DNA of 11,046 nt. Source: Deinococcales bacterium (GTDB taxonomy: Bacteria > Deinococcota > Deinococci > Deinococcales > JAAFIG01). The stretch is taken from NCBI GenBank assembly GCA_031414595.1, contig JANNVX010000048.1, positions 1-11,046 of the forward strand. The letters run 5' to 3'. Below the pieces are notes generated by a model. The model did no database searches and was not told the origin of the DNA. It was given only the letters and a program-made list of their open reading frames with translations. The translations under genes and the position numbers were made by a program. This document shows positions 1 to 7,207 of this stretch, in pieces (the first letter of the stretch is position 1; each line of letters opens with the position of its first letter).

Positions 1-17
1 AATATCATTTCCTAGCA

Positions 18-43
18 GGACAGACACAGGGGTCTGTCCCTAC
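18..43 (-). repeat. GTAG-type REP hairpin, copy 1
   Basis: The reverse complement reads GTAG-GGACAGAC-CCCTGT-GTCTGTCC: a GTAG tetranucleotide followed by a perfect 8-bp stem, the layout of RAYT/TnpAREP-associated REPs. Confidence 0.8.
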
Positions 44-65
44 AAAAATCATAAAAATACGTCAG

Positions 66-91
66 GTAGGGGCGGACCCCCGTGTCCGCCC
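66..91 (+). repeat. GTAG-type REP hairpin, copy 2 (inverted relative to copy 1)
   Basis: Reads GTAG-GGGCGGAC-CCCCGT-GTCCGCCC with a perfect 8-bp stem. Same length and layout as copy 1. Confidence 0.8.
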
Positions 92-119
92 TGTGACCAA
101 TTGTATGTTCTTGGTTTAA

Positions 120-154
120 TTGAAATCGGGAAGTTATTCTGGGACAAATCCTTA
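120..154 (+). repeat. 35-bp inverted repeat, left copy (probable MITE/IS terminus)
   Basis: TTGAAATCGGGAAGTTATTCTGGGACAAATCCTTA is the exact reverse complement of 10908-10942. Confidence 0.9.
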
Positions 155-170
155 TCCTTCGTTTCTCGAG

Positions 171-176
171 TATAAT
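171..176 (+). promoter_or_regulatory. -10 box of a probable leaderless or near-leaderless promoter for the metallopeptidase gene
   Basis: Perfect TATAAT 8 nt before ATG185, with no Shine-Dalgarno sequence in between. Confidence 0.55.
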
Positions 177-184
177 AAAAACTC

Positions 185-892
185 ATGAACGGCGCTCAAA
201 TCCCCGAAGCTCGAGTTCAGTTGTATCTGCCCAACGGCAAACTTATTAGTTCCCATTTTCCAACTTTCAACCCTGAAACTTGGTACATGCAAAGATTACA
301 AATAGCTTTAAGTGCCATTGACCAAGTTCATGGTGATGGTTTCTGGCAACCAGTCCGAATAGATGTAACGAACGAAGGTGAAAATTGGATTGCCGGTTTC
401 AAAGCCGATACAAACCGAGCTTGGTTATTTTTGCATTCAGACCAATCGGCTACCAGCTTAGACTTGGTGCATGAACTTGGGCATGGACTCGAGGGTTATG
501 GTTTTGCTAACCTTGGAATACGCCCAAGTGCTTTTGCTTCCGAATTTGAATCGTGGAGACGAGCCGTTGCGAACTCTGAAGCGTTTAAGACTTTGGTTTT
601 TATGCGAACCTCAAGAACTCGAGTTTTTCAGAGCCTTGTGGCAAAGCGAAGTCGCGTAATCAATCAAGAAAATGTTAAGTATTTACTCGAATGGCACGAA
701 CTATTTGCTCGAGCTTACGCGCAATATATCGCTTTGGCATCTGGCAATAAAGAATTGCGTTTACAGATTGCCAACCAATCTGATTCTATTTTCAGACAAG
801 TGTTGTATCCTGAGCAGTGGTCAGAACAGGATTTTGATTTTATCGCCGAAGAGATTGAACAACTATTACTAAAAAGGGGTTGGTTGAAATGA
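185..892 (+). CDS. Putative zincin-like Zn metallopeptidase (HExxH ... ExFAR), soluble, 235 aa
   Basis: HELGH at residues 96-100 and YLLEWHELFARAYAQYI (Y166, E172) downstream resemble the third-ligand/Tyr region of anthrax-lethal-factor-like zincins. No signal peptide or TM helix is evident. Confidence 0.7.
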   Translation: MNGAQIPEARVQLYLPNGKLISSHFPTFNPETWYMQRLQIALSAIDQVHGDGFWQPVRIDVTNEGENWIAGFKADTNRAWLFLHSDQSATSLDLVHELGHGLEGYGFANLGIRPSAFASEFESWRRAVANSEAFKTLVFMRTSRTRVFQSLVAKRSRVINQENVKYLLEWHELFARAYAQYIALASGNKELRLQIANQSDSIFRQVLYPEQWSEQDFDFIAEEIEQLLLKRGWLK

Positions 893-1101
893 TTAAAGAA
901 AGAATTGCAGAACCGATTTTTTTTGATCCCGCCGATAATGCCTTAAGCATTGAAGAAGCCATTGATTTTTTAATTGCTGATGGCGAGTACCCACCCGAAG
1001 CCAAACGCCAAGTGATGACTGCTCGAGGCTTATGGGGAAAGCGTGGGCGAATGATTACGACTGTGGTTGATGGTGAAACCATTTCTTTTCAGGCAGATTA
1101 A
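889..1101 (+). CDS. Small hypothetical protein, 70 aa; candidate partner or antitoxin of the upstream peptidase
   Basis: ATG889 overlaps the upstream TGA (ATGA at 889-892), a classic translational coupling. The ORF ends immediately before a terminator. The ORF track start at 880 (TTG) is less likely. Confidence 0.7.
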   Translation: MIKERIAEPIFFDPADNALSIEEAIDFLIADGEYPPEAKRQVMTARGLWGKRGRMITTVVDGETISFQAD

Positions 1102-1130
1102 AAAAGCTCGAGCAGACTGCTCGAGCTTTT
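1102..1130. terminator. Bidirectional rho-independent terminator
   Basis: AAAAGCTCGAGCAG-A-CTGCTCGAGCTTTT is a perfect inverted repeat with A- and T-tracts, lying between the convergent small ORF and tRNA. Confidence 0.8.
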
Positions 1131-1203
1131 GGCTGGGGAACGTGGATTCGAACCACGATTAACGGATCCAAAGACCGTTGTCCTGCCGTTAGACGATTCC
1201 CCA
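1130..1203 (-). tRNA. tRNA-Gln(UUG)
   Basis: The reverse complement is TGGGGAATCGTCTAACGGCAGGACAACGGTCTTTGGATCCGTTAATCGTGGTTCGAATCCACGTTCCCCAGCCA. It has a 7-bp acceptor stem with U1-A72, anticodon loop CTTTGGA, T-arm CGTGG-TTCGAAT-CCACG, discriminator G and an encoded CCA (74 nt). Confidence 0.97.
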
Positions 1204-1235
1204 GCGAAGGGTAATCCAAGCGGACAACGGGCGAG

Positions 1236-1264
1236 AGTTTAACGTATCCACGGCATTTGGTCAA
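1236..1264 (-). promoter_or_regulatory. Sigma70-type promoter for tRNA-Gln
   Basis: On the minus strand, TTGACC (1259-1264), a 17-nt spacer and TAAACT (1236-1241), about 30 nt upstream of the tRNA 5' end. Confidence 0.75.
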
Positions 1265-1272
1265 GGGTATAG

Positions 1273-1278
1273 TAGACT
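1273..1278 (+). promoter_or_regulatory. -10 box of a probable leaderless promoter for the response regulator
   Basis: TAGACT lies 7 nt before ATG1286 with no SD sequence. It is divergent from and adjacent to the tRNA promoter. Confidence 0.55.
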
Positions 1279-1285
1279 TAAGCCC

Positions 1286-1708
1286 ATGAACTCCCCTAGC
1301 GACAACATTTTGCCGCATATTATCTTTGCCGAGGATAATCCAGACCATGCGTTTTTAATTCGTCGGGTTCTCGAGCCGCATTGTGTTTTAACCTATGCCT
1401 CTGACGGGGAGCAACTGCTCGAGATTTTAGGATCGTGGATGGATGAATTGCCGCGTTTGGTGTTAATAGATGTAAATTTACCGCGTCTTAGTGGTTTAGA
1501 AGTTCTCGAGAAGCTACGTTTGAAACCCGAGTGGCGTTGTGTGCCAATGGTGGTGTTTAGTACCTCGAAGTTGCGGCTCGAGGTCGAACGGGCATTAAAT
1601 GCTGGGGCAAATAGTTTTGTGGTCAAACCCGCTAAATTTACCGAGTTTCGTGAGGTTTTAGAGCAAATTGTGACGTATTGGACAAAAGTTAATGCCACGC
1701 TTGCTTAG
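1286..1708 (+). CDS. Single-domain response regulator (receiver only, Rcp1-like subfamily)
   Basis: Contains the AEDN acidic pocket, LVLIDVNLP phosphoacceptor, FSTS, GANSFVVKP and a C-terminal YW typical of Rcp-like receivers. There is no output domain. Confidence 0.93.
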   Translation: MNSPSDNILPHIIFAEDNPDHAFLIRRVLEPHCVLTYASDGEQLLEILGSWMDELPRLVLIDVNLPRLSGLEVLEKLRLKPEWRCVPMVVFSTSKLRLEVERALNAGANSFVVKPAKFTEFREVLEQIVTYWTKVNATLA

Positions 1709-1717
1709 AGGTTGATA

Positions 1718-2533
1718 ATGCTAAAACGCTTTGGAATTGGACGACTAATTTTTGCAGCTTTACTCGGGGCGTACAGTGCTTACTTGGTTTTTAATTCCGA
1801 AGCAGTCATGTCTTCGTGGCTGCATGGGGTCAGTTTAGCGATTCATGAGGCTGGGCATTACTTTATTTTTGCCCTTGCACCAGAATTTGTCATGATACTT
1901 GGCGGGAGCTTAACCCAGTGTGTTATGCCGATGCTTTTTGTGTTTCAGTTTTGGCGTACTGGTCAGCAATACGCGGTATTCGCCACCTTGTTTTGGGTTG
2001 GGTATAACGTTTTGGATACGGCAGTGTATATTGCTGATGCTCGAGCCATGTTGTTACCATTACTTGGTGGAGATAATTCAATTCACGATTGGAATTATTT
2101 ACTAAACGCCCTTAATTTATTGCCTTTTGATGGGTTGATTGCTGGGGTTTTTTGGGTAATTGGTTCATTGTGTATGCTCTTTAGTTTCTTGGGTTGCGTC
2201 TGGTATGCCCAAGGCGACCAGACCCCACTGCCTTGGCAGCCATCCAAAGACCCTGAACGTGTACCCGTCTCGAGCTTACGCAACCTAGGCGAACGCAGTG
2301 GACGTTTATTAAATGGCATTGGGATTAAAACCCAAGCTGACCTCGAGGCATTTGGGGCGCTTGAAGCGTATATGGCGTTAATAGAACAAAAAGCAATTCA
2401 ACCTTCGCGCAGTTTGTTACTCGCCTTGTATGGCGCGGTTAGCAATCAGGATTGGCAACGAATTAATCGCGTGGATAAAGAAAAATTGTTCAAACAAGCA
2501 GGTTTACTCGAGACCAATCAACCGCTTAAATAG
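1718..2533 (+). CDS. Polytopic membrane protein with an HExxH (M50/M50B-like) motif fused to a TfoX/Sxy C-terminal-like domain
   Basis: Several hydrophobic helices carry IHEAGH (nt 1844-1858), GGSLTQ, YIADARA, LPLLGG and HDWNYLL. A Pro-rich linker follows, then SLRNLGERSGRLLNGIGIKTQADLEAFGALEAY...SLLLALYGAVSNQDWQ, matching the TfoX_C pattern. GAGG (1708-1711) lies 6 nt before ATG1718, favouring it over TTG1712. Confidence 0.8.
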   Translation: MLKRFGIGRLIFAALLGAYSAYLVFNSEAVMSSWLHGVSLAIHEAGHYFIFALAPEFVMILGGSLTQCVMPMLFVFQFWRTGQQYAVFATLFWVGYNVLDTAVYIADARAMLLPLLGGDNSIHDWNYLLNALNLLPFDGLIAGVFWVIGSLCMLFSFLGCVWYAQGDQTPLPWQPSKDPERVPVSSLRNLGERSGRLLNGIGIKTQADLEAFGALEAYMALIEQKAIQPSRSLLLALYGAVSNQDWQRINRVDKEKLFKQAGLLETNQPLK

Positions 2534-2555
2534 GCTTGAGTTGTCAAATGTCGTC

Positions 2556-3158
2556 TTAGAACAAACCCATAAACGCATATATCGCAAAAGCAGCTATCAC
2601 CAAACTCGAGACAACATTGACCACACGCAGGGTTTGGCTGTTCATTCTCGAGCCAAGGCGACTGGCAACCGTGCTGAGGGCAATCCACCAGAGCGCACTG
2701 CCGAGAAAAAACCCCAGCACCACCGCCCAACCATGCCCAGAAATTTTTAGGCTCGAGACGACCCCAAAGAAAAAAAGAATTGTGGCTGGATTGGAAAAAG
2801 TCAGCAGTAAGGTGCTGATATACGCCCCGATTAAACTCGAGGAATTTTTGGCAGTGGCGGCTTTTTCGGCGGGTTTGCTGTTGTAGATTTGCCAAGCAAG
2901 GTAGAGCAGAAACACCCCACCAATCAGGCGAGTATAAAACTGAATGCCTGTCAGTAAACCAGCAATTAAACTTAAACCGAGTGTGGCAATTAAGCCGTAT
3001 AACCCATCGGCGGTGGCTGCGCCGAGTCCCGAGGCAATACCAAACTTGCGCCCTTCGGTCAGGCTGCGACGAATCACCAGAACCCCAATTGGTCCAACCG
3101 GCATGGCAATCCCTAAGCCAAGCACAAAGCTCTGTGCCAGTACCTCGAGAGCAGTCAT
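2556..3158 (-). CDS. LysE/RhtB family translocator (amino-acid exporter)
   Basis: 200 aa with about 6 TM helices and the motifs GLGIAMPVGPIG, GLGAATAD, GGVFLLYLAW and TFSNPATILFF. Confidence 0.93.
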   Translation of the reverse strand: MTALEVLAQSFVLGLGIAMPVGPIGVLVIRRSLTEGRKFGIASGLGAATADGLYGLIATLGLSLIAGLLTGIQFYTRLIGGVFLLYLAWQIYNSKPAEKAATAKNSSSLIGAYISTLLLTFSNPATILFFFGVVSSLKISGHGWAVVLGFFLGSALWWIALSTVASRLGSRMNSQTLRVVNVVSSLVIAAFAIYAFMGLF

Positions 3159-3201
3159 AAAAATGCCCCATTATTTAGCTCGAATACATTCATCTTTAAC
3201 C

Positions 3202-5751
3202 TCAGCTTCTAAAAACCTCTAAGTCCTCGAGCGCATCTGGTTTTAGGTTTTTCATGGCTTTTTGTGGGATTTTTAAGTAACGCCAAGGCGTACCAGACAA
3301 GACTGTGGCGTTCTCGCACCAAAGTTTAGCTGCCGTATCCTTAAAACTGACCTCTAAGGTTTCTGCCCCTTTGGTCTCGAGTAAATAATGAACCCCGTTT
3401 TGGTTTATAGCCACAAAATCTGGGTAGTAATGGCGTAAGTTCATACTCGCATCGGTGTATTCGATATAAAACCCAAACGAATCTGGAATTTTACAGTGTG
3501 CCACAACATCTAGGGCAGCATCTAGGAAGCGACAAAATTCTTTTTCAAATTCATTAGCACAAGGATTGACGTTTAGCACACTTTTTTTAGCTTCAACAAA
3601 ACCCCTAGACCACGGAATAGGCTCTAAACTAGATAACTTGCGGGGCGCAGATAAAACTTCTGGGCTGCGTTCCTCAATAATAATTGGGCGCAGGGCTGCC
3701 ACAAATTCTTCTCGGACAACATAGCCCGCAACATTACTGCTCATGGCTTTAAGAATATCGGGCTGCTCGAGATTAACCGTAGCACCAAAGGCGCGATGCT
3801 CGAACCATTCTCGGATTTTAGGGGCAATCACGGCAAATTGGCTAGGAAGTTTTAAGGTATCGGCAATAATTCTAGCAAAGTACCCAATCACTTCTTGGGG
3901 GGTTTGTGCCACAGGGATTTCGTAATCGCGCTTAAACAGGGTTTCTAAAGTCAGCACATCTTTGCCTTCGTACTTAAATTGCTTGGCATCTTGGCTGCTG
4001 TATTTTAAGGGCAAGCCTGCTTTTAGGCTATGCACATCGAGCGCCATAATCTCTGAAGCAATACTTTTTTTACGGGTTAGGGTTGGCGACAACACAGGAA
4101 AAGCAATATCAAAGGCTAATTTATCTTGCATCACCTGTATGGCTAGAATCTCGAGTTTATCTTTGTCGAGGTCTACGGTCTCGAGTTTGACATCTTCAAG
4201 CGCATCGAGTTTCTGGACAAATTCTAAGAACTTAGGCGTGCCAATAATATCCACCCGCTCGGTAAAACCATAATTATCGCCCCGAAACATTAAGCGCAGT
4301 CCACGCCCAATGGCTTGTTCGGGCAGAATATCGGCTTTGGCACTGTACGGGCGCAAACCGACGACCACGGTCACATTTTTGACATCCCAGCCCTCACGCA
4401 GCATTAGCACGCTAACCACGGCATTGACAGGGCTTTTTTCTTGGTCTATTTCCCGAGAAGCCCGCCGTGCCAATTCGAGGTCTTTGCTGCTGATGTCGCC
4501 GTCTTTATTGGTGTGAATCACCAGTAGTTTATCGCCGCTAAATTCGGCGGGGTACTTGGTGCGTAACCAATCGGCAATGTCATCGGCTTCGGCAGTGGTG
4601 TTTAGCATGATAAATAAGACTGGTTTTTTCTTAAATTTCTCGAGTTCGCGCTGGTACTCGCGCCAACGTTGTACCCCAGCCGTCAAAAAGGCTTGGTACT
4701 TAACACTGGCAATGTCTGACAAGGCTTCTGAGGCTTTGGTGATGCCTTGCACTGGGCGTTTAACGATGTTGTCAAGAATCGCTTGTTTAAGTGGATAATC
4801 CGAAATCACCCACGGGAAAAGCGCTCCGCCTGTAAAGCGCGGTGTTGCCGATAAATCTAACTGTGCCACAAGTGGCGTGCGGCTGTGCAGTTCGCGGATG
4901 GTCTGATTCCAAACCGAGTCTTCATCGTGGGTATGGTGGGCTTCGTCGTTTAAGACCATGACTTGACCAGAACGCGCATAGATTCGTTCTAAGAATTTAG
5001 GGGCAGCTTGCAATTGGGCTTTGGGCGCAGTACCGAGCAGTGCCTCGAGCGGATTGGCTGGCGCAGTTTCATCAGGTTTGGTGTACAACTGCTGGACATT
5101 GGTCACATACAGCGCACCTTCGGCACTGGCACGTTCGCCATCGCCCCGCAAAAAGCACTCTAAATCCCAAAAAAGCCGCAAGGATTTTGGAATAACTGGG
5201 TCTTGGTTAAAAATCCTGCCGCCCAAAAAATCGGTGCTTAAACGCTCGAGGACAATCACGTTGGGGGCAATAATCAAAAAAGTCTTGGCGTACTCGAGGT
5301 TATCCGCTTCGCACATGGCGTTTAGGTACTGCCAAGCAATGGCTAAACTCATGACCTTGGTTTTACCGCTACCGGTTGCCATTTTGGTAGCAAAACGGGC
5401 GAATTGGTCATAACGCGGCAGTGGCAAACCACTGGCAAAAGCGCTTTTGGGTGCAAAGGTCTCGAGCAGGTCTTTGCGGGTGCGGATTTTTTGGACTTCC
5501 CAAATGTAAACCAAAGCCTCAAGTGCATCTTGCTGCGAAGTGTGATAGCTAAAACGCCGTCCGTTTTTTAACACATGGTCTTGGTAAAACCAGTGGTTGA
5601 GTAAGGTTTTGGTGGTTTTGCTGACACCTGTGTAACCAGCTTCGCGCCATGCCAAAACTTCGCTGCGGATATTCGGCACACAAACCGCCGTGCGGAGGTT
5701 CTCGGCGATGTTGAATAAGTCCAGACCAGCAATTTTGGGTTTACGTGGCAT
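3202..5751 (-). CDS. res: Type III restriction enzyme Res subunit (SF2 helicase-like ATPase plus PD-(D/E)xK nuclease)
   Basis: Walker A MATGSGKT, Walker B DEAHH, motif III SAT, MLREGWDV, motif VI QAIGRGLR, and C-terminal YYPDFV...LLETKG. It lies downstream of a Mod-type methyltransferase and has an AGGTGA RBS. Confidence 0.9.
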   Translation of the reverse strand: MPRKPKIAGLDLFNIAENLRTAVCVPNIRSEVLAWREAGYTGVSKTTKTLLNHWFYQDHVLKNGRRFSYHTSQQDALEALVYIWEVQKIRTRKDLLETFAPKSAFASGLPLPRYDQFARFATKMATGSGKTKVMSLAIAWQYLNAMCEADNLEYAKTFLIIAPNVIVLERLSTDFLGGRIFNQDPVIPKSLRLFWDLECFLRGDGERASAEGALYVTNVQQLYTKPDETAPANPLEALLGTAPKAQLQAAPKFLERIYARSGQVMVLNDEAHHTHDEDSVWNQTIRELHSRTPLVAQLDLSATPRFTGGALFPWVISDYPLKQAILDNIVKRPVQGITKASEALSDIASVKYQAFLTAGVQRWREYQRELEKFKKKPVLFIMLNTTAEADDIADWLRTKYPAEFSGDKLLVIHTNKDGDISSKDLELARRASREIDQEKSPVNAVVSVLMLREGWDVKNVTVVVGLRPYSAKADILPEQAIGRGLRLMFRGDNYGFTERVDIIGTPKFLEFVQKLDALEDVKLETVDLDKDKLEILAIQVMQDKLAFDIAFPVLSPTLTRKKSIASEIMALDVHSLKAGLPLKYSSQDAKQFKYEGKDVLTLETLFKRDYEIPVAQTPQEVIGYFARIIADTLKLPSQFAVIAPKIREWFEHRAFGATVNLEQPDILKAMSSNVAGYVVREEFVAALRPIIIEERSPEVLSAPRKLSSLEPIPWSRGFVEAKKSVLNVNPCANEFEKEFCRFLDAALDVVAHCKIPDSFGFYIEYTDASMNLRHYYPDFVAINQNGVHYLLETKGAETLEVSFKDTAAKLWCENATVLSGTPWRYLKIPQKAMKNLKPDALEDLEVFRS

Positions 5752-5764
5752 GATTCACCTTTTG

Positions 5765-5796
5765 AAGAGACGGAAAGAGACGGAAAGAGACGGAAA
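5765..5796. repeat. Tandem repeat, 3.2 copies of AAGAGACGGA
   Basis: Three exact 10-bp units plus AA, in the 55-bp gap between the AlbA_2 gene stop and the res start. Confidence 0.9.
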
Positions 5797-5806
5797 AGGG
5801 ATTAGA

Positions 5807-7207
5807 TTATTTGAGAAACCAACGTGAGCCACGACCAAAGCCAGAAAGACCAACCAATCCAAGGCGCTGCAACATGGCAATGTTATCTCGAAGATTACGA
5901 ATCGAAATGGTTGGATTACCGCCTAATTTTTCATGAAGTTCACTGAGCGAGAGGGGCTGTTGGCTTAATAAAAGCAAAATATTTCGCTGAACATCGGTTA
6001 AATCATGGTGCGCTCGTGTCGGAGGAATATAACTCGAGGGTAAAAAACGCACAGTCACAGCACCAGCAATTAAATCAATATCTGGTCTTGGTAAGCCCGC
6101 CGCTTGGGTGAGTTCAGCGATTTTGAGTGTCCCGCGTCCCCACGATTCAATAATCCCACGGCGATAAAAAACTTTGGCAATTAACGGATTCCATGGCAAC
6201 GATTCATGTGGCAAAAACAACGCTTCTGGGGTCAAACCAAAATGCAAATCGCCTGAAGATGTAATCTCGAGCCGGTTATCAAAGACCGCCACACCAACAC
6301 TACCGCCGCCTATCGAATAATCACGGTGACAAATCGCGTTAGCAAGGGCTTCTCGGGTGGCTTCGGTGGGGTAAAGCGGGGTGTCTATGCGTTCAAAAGT
6401 ACCCGGTTCGATTCGCCCAGCGATTGGCAGATGTTCGATTAAAAACTGTTCGGCTCGGCGCAACAACGTAAAGGCATTGGCAGTCACTTGTTGATTGTCT
6501 AAAAATTCGGTTTTGGTAATGCCATGAAAACGTGCCAGCCTCAATAAACACTGTGTATAATACGGTTCTAACACCTCGGCTCGAGCAAACAAGACCACTG
6601 CCGCCCGTAATAAATGCCCATCTGGAGCAAGTAAACCCAAACCACGCAGAATCTCGAGTGAATCCCGAGTACCCGGTTCGGCTAAACGCCCACGGCGAAT
6701 ACCTTCTTCTAGGGTTCGGGTGATTTCTGTGGCATCGAGTTCTTTAATACTGTACCCATCGGCGACTTCGTTTTCCCAACGCCGCGTGGCGTGTAAACGC
6801 TCGAGCAACAACTGATTGGCTTCGGCTTCGGACAAACGCACGGTGCTGGATGCAACCCGAATAAATTTTTGTCCTTTGTACGAATACGGACGCTGTGAAC
6901 CCCGCGAGACTGTCACCACAATAAGCTCTAAACCATTTGCCAGCCCTAGCCGTTCGACTTCGGGAAAGGCGGGTGGTTCAAAACGATTAAATTCATCCCA
7001 GAGTTTTTCTAAAGTTTTATCTGAGACCTCGAGACCAACAAGTGTATGGTCTGGTGAAACACCAAAAATTACCCGTCCACCATTTTTATTGAGCATGGCA
7101 CATAAGGTTTGGGTTGCTTCGGTTCGTAAATTGGTACTCTGCTTAAATTCTTGGCGTTCGGATTCGCCAGCCGCTACCCAACCACGCACTTGAGATTCGG
7201 TCATCAT
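5807..7207 (-). CDS. Schlafen/AlbA_2 domain + HATPase_c_4 (RecG-C-like) + C-terminal winged-helix protein
   Basis: N-terminal GESERQEFK...AMLNKNGGRVIFGVSPD (AlbA_2), central YPTEATREALANAICHRDY...NPLIAKVF...IESWGRG (HATPase_c_4), and C-terminal LSLSELHEKLG...LQRLGLV...GRGSRW (wHTH). Its start overlaps the mod stop (ATGA at 7204-7207). Confidence 0.9.
   Translation of the reverse strand: MMTESQVRGWVAAGESERQEFKQSTNLRTEATQTLCAMLNKNGGRVIFGVSPDHTLVGLEVSDKTLEKLWDEFNRFEPPAFPEVERLGLANGLELIVVTVSRGSQRPYSYKGQKFIRVASSTVRLSEAEANQLLLERLHATRRWENEVADGYSIKELDATEITRTLEEGIRRGRLAEPGTRDSLEILRGLGLLAPDGHLLRAAVVLFARAEVLEPYYTQCLLRLARFHGITKTEFLDNQQVTANAFTLLRRAEQFLIEHLPIAGRIEPGTFERIDTPLYPTEATREALANAICHRDYSIGGGSVGVAVFDNRLEITSSGDLHFGLTPEALFLPHESLPWNPLIAKVFYRRGIIESWGRGTLKIAELTQAAGLPRPDIDLIAGAVTVRFLPSSYIPPTRAHHDLTDVQRNILLLLSQQPLSLSELHEKLGGNPTISIRNLRDNIAMLQRLGLVGLSGFGRGSRWFLK

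Noticed and set aside
1130..1160. attL/attR duplication of the tRNA 3' end marking an integrated island
   Set aside because: I saw no second copy of the tRNA 3' sequence and no integrase in the window.
1055..1348. 97-aa minus-strand ORF
   Set aside because: It runs through the tRNA-Gln gene and the terminator, so it is a shadow ORF.
2518..3171. 217-aa minus-strand ORF overlapping the LysE gene
   Set aside because: It is an alternative frame of a clear LysE-family gene, with Cys/Trp/Arg-rich composition and no recognisable motif.
3500..4150. Local cluster of about 7 CTAG sites in the 3' part of res
   Set aside because: The excess is modest and the numbers small, so I cannot distinguish it from chance without statistics.
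1130..7207. Functional link between tRNA-Gln(UUG) and the Schlafen-domain protein
   Set aside because: Proximity is the only evidence. They are separated by unrelated genes, and the tRNA looks like an ordinary housekeeping copy with its own promoter.
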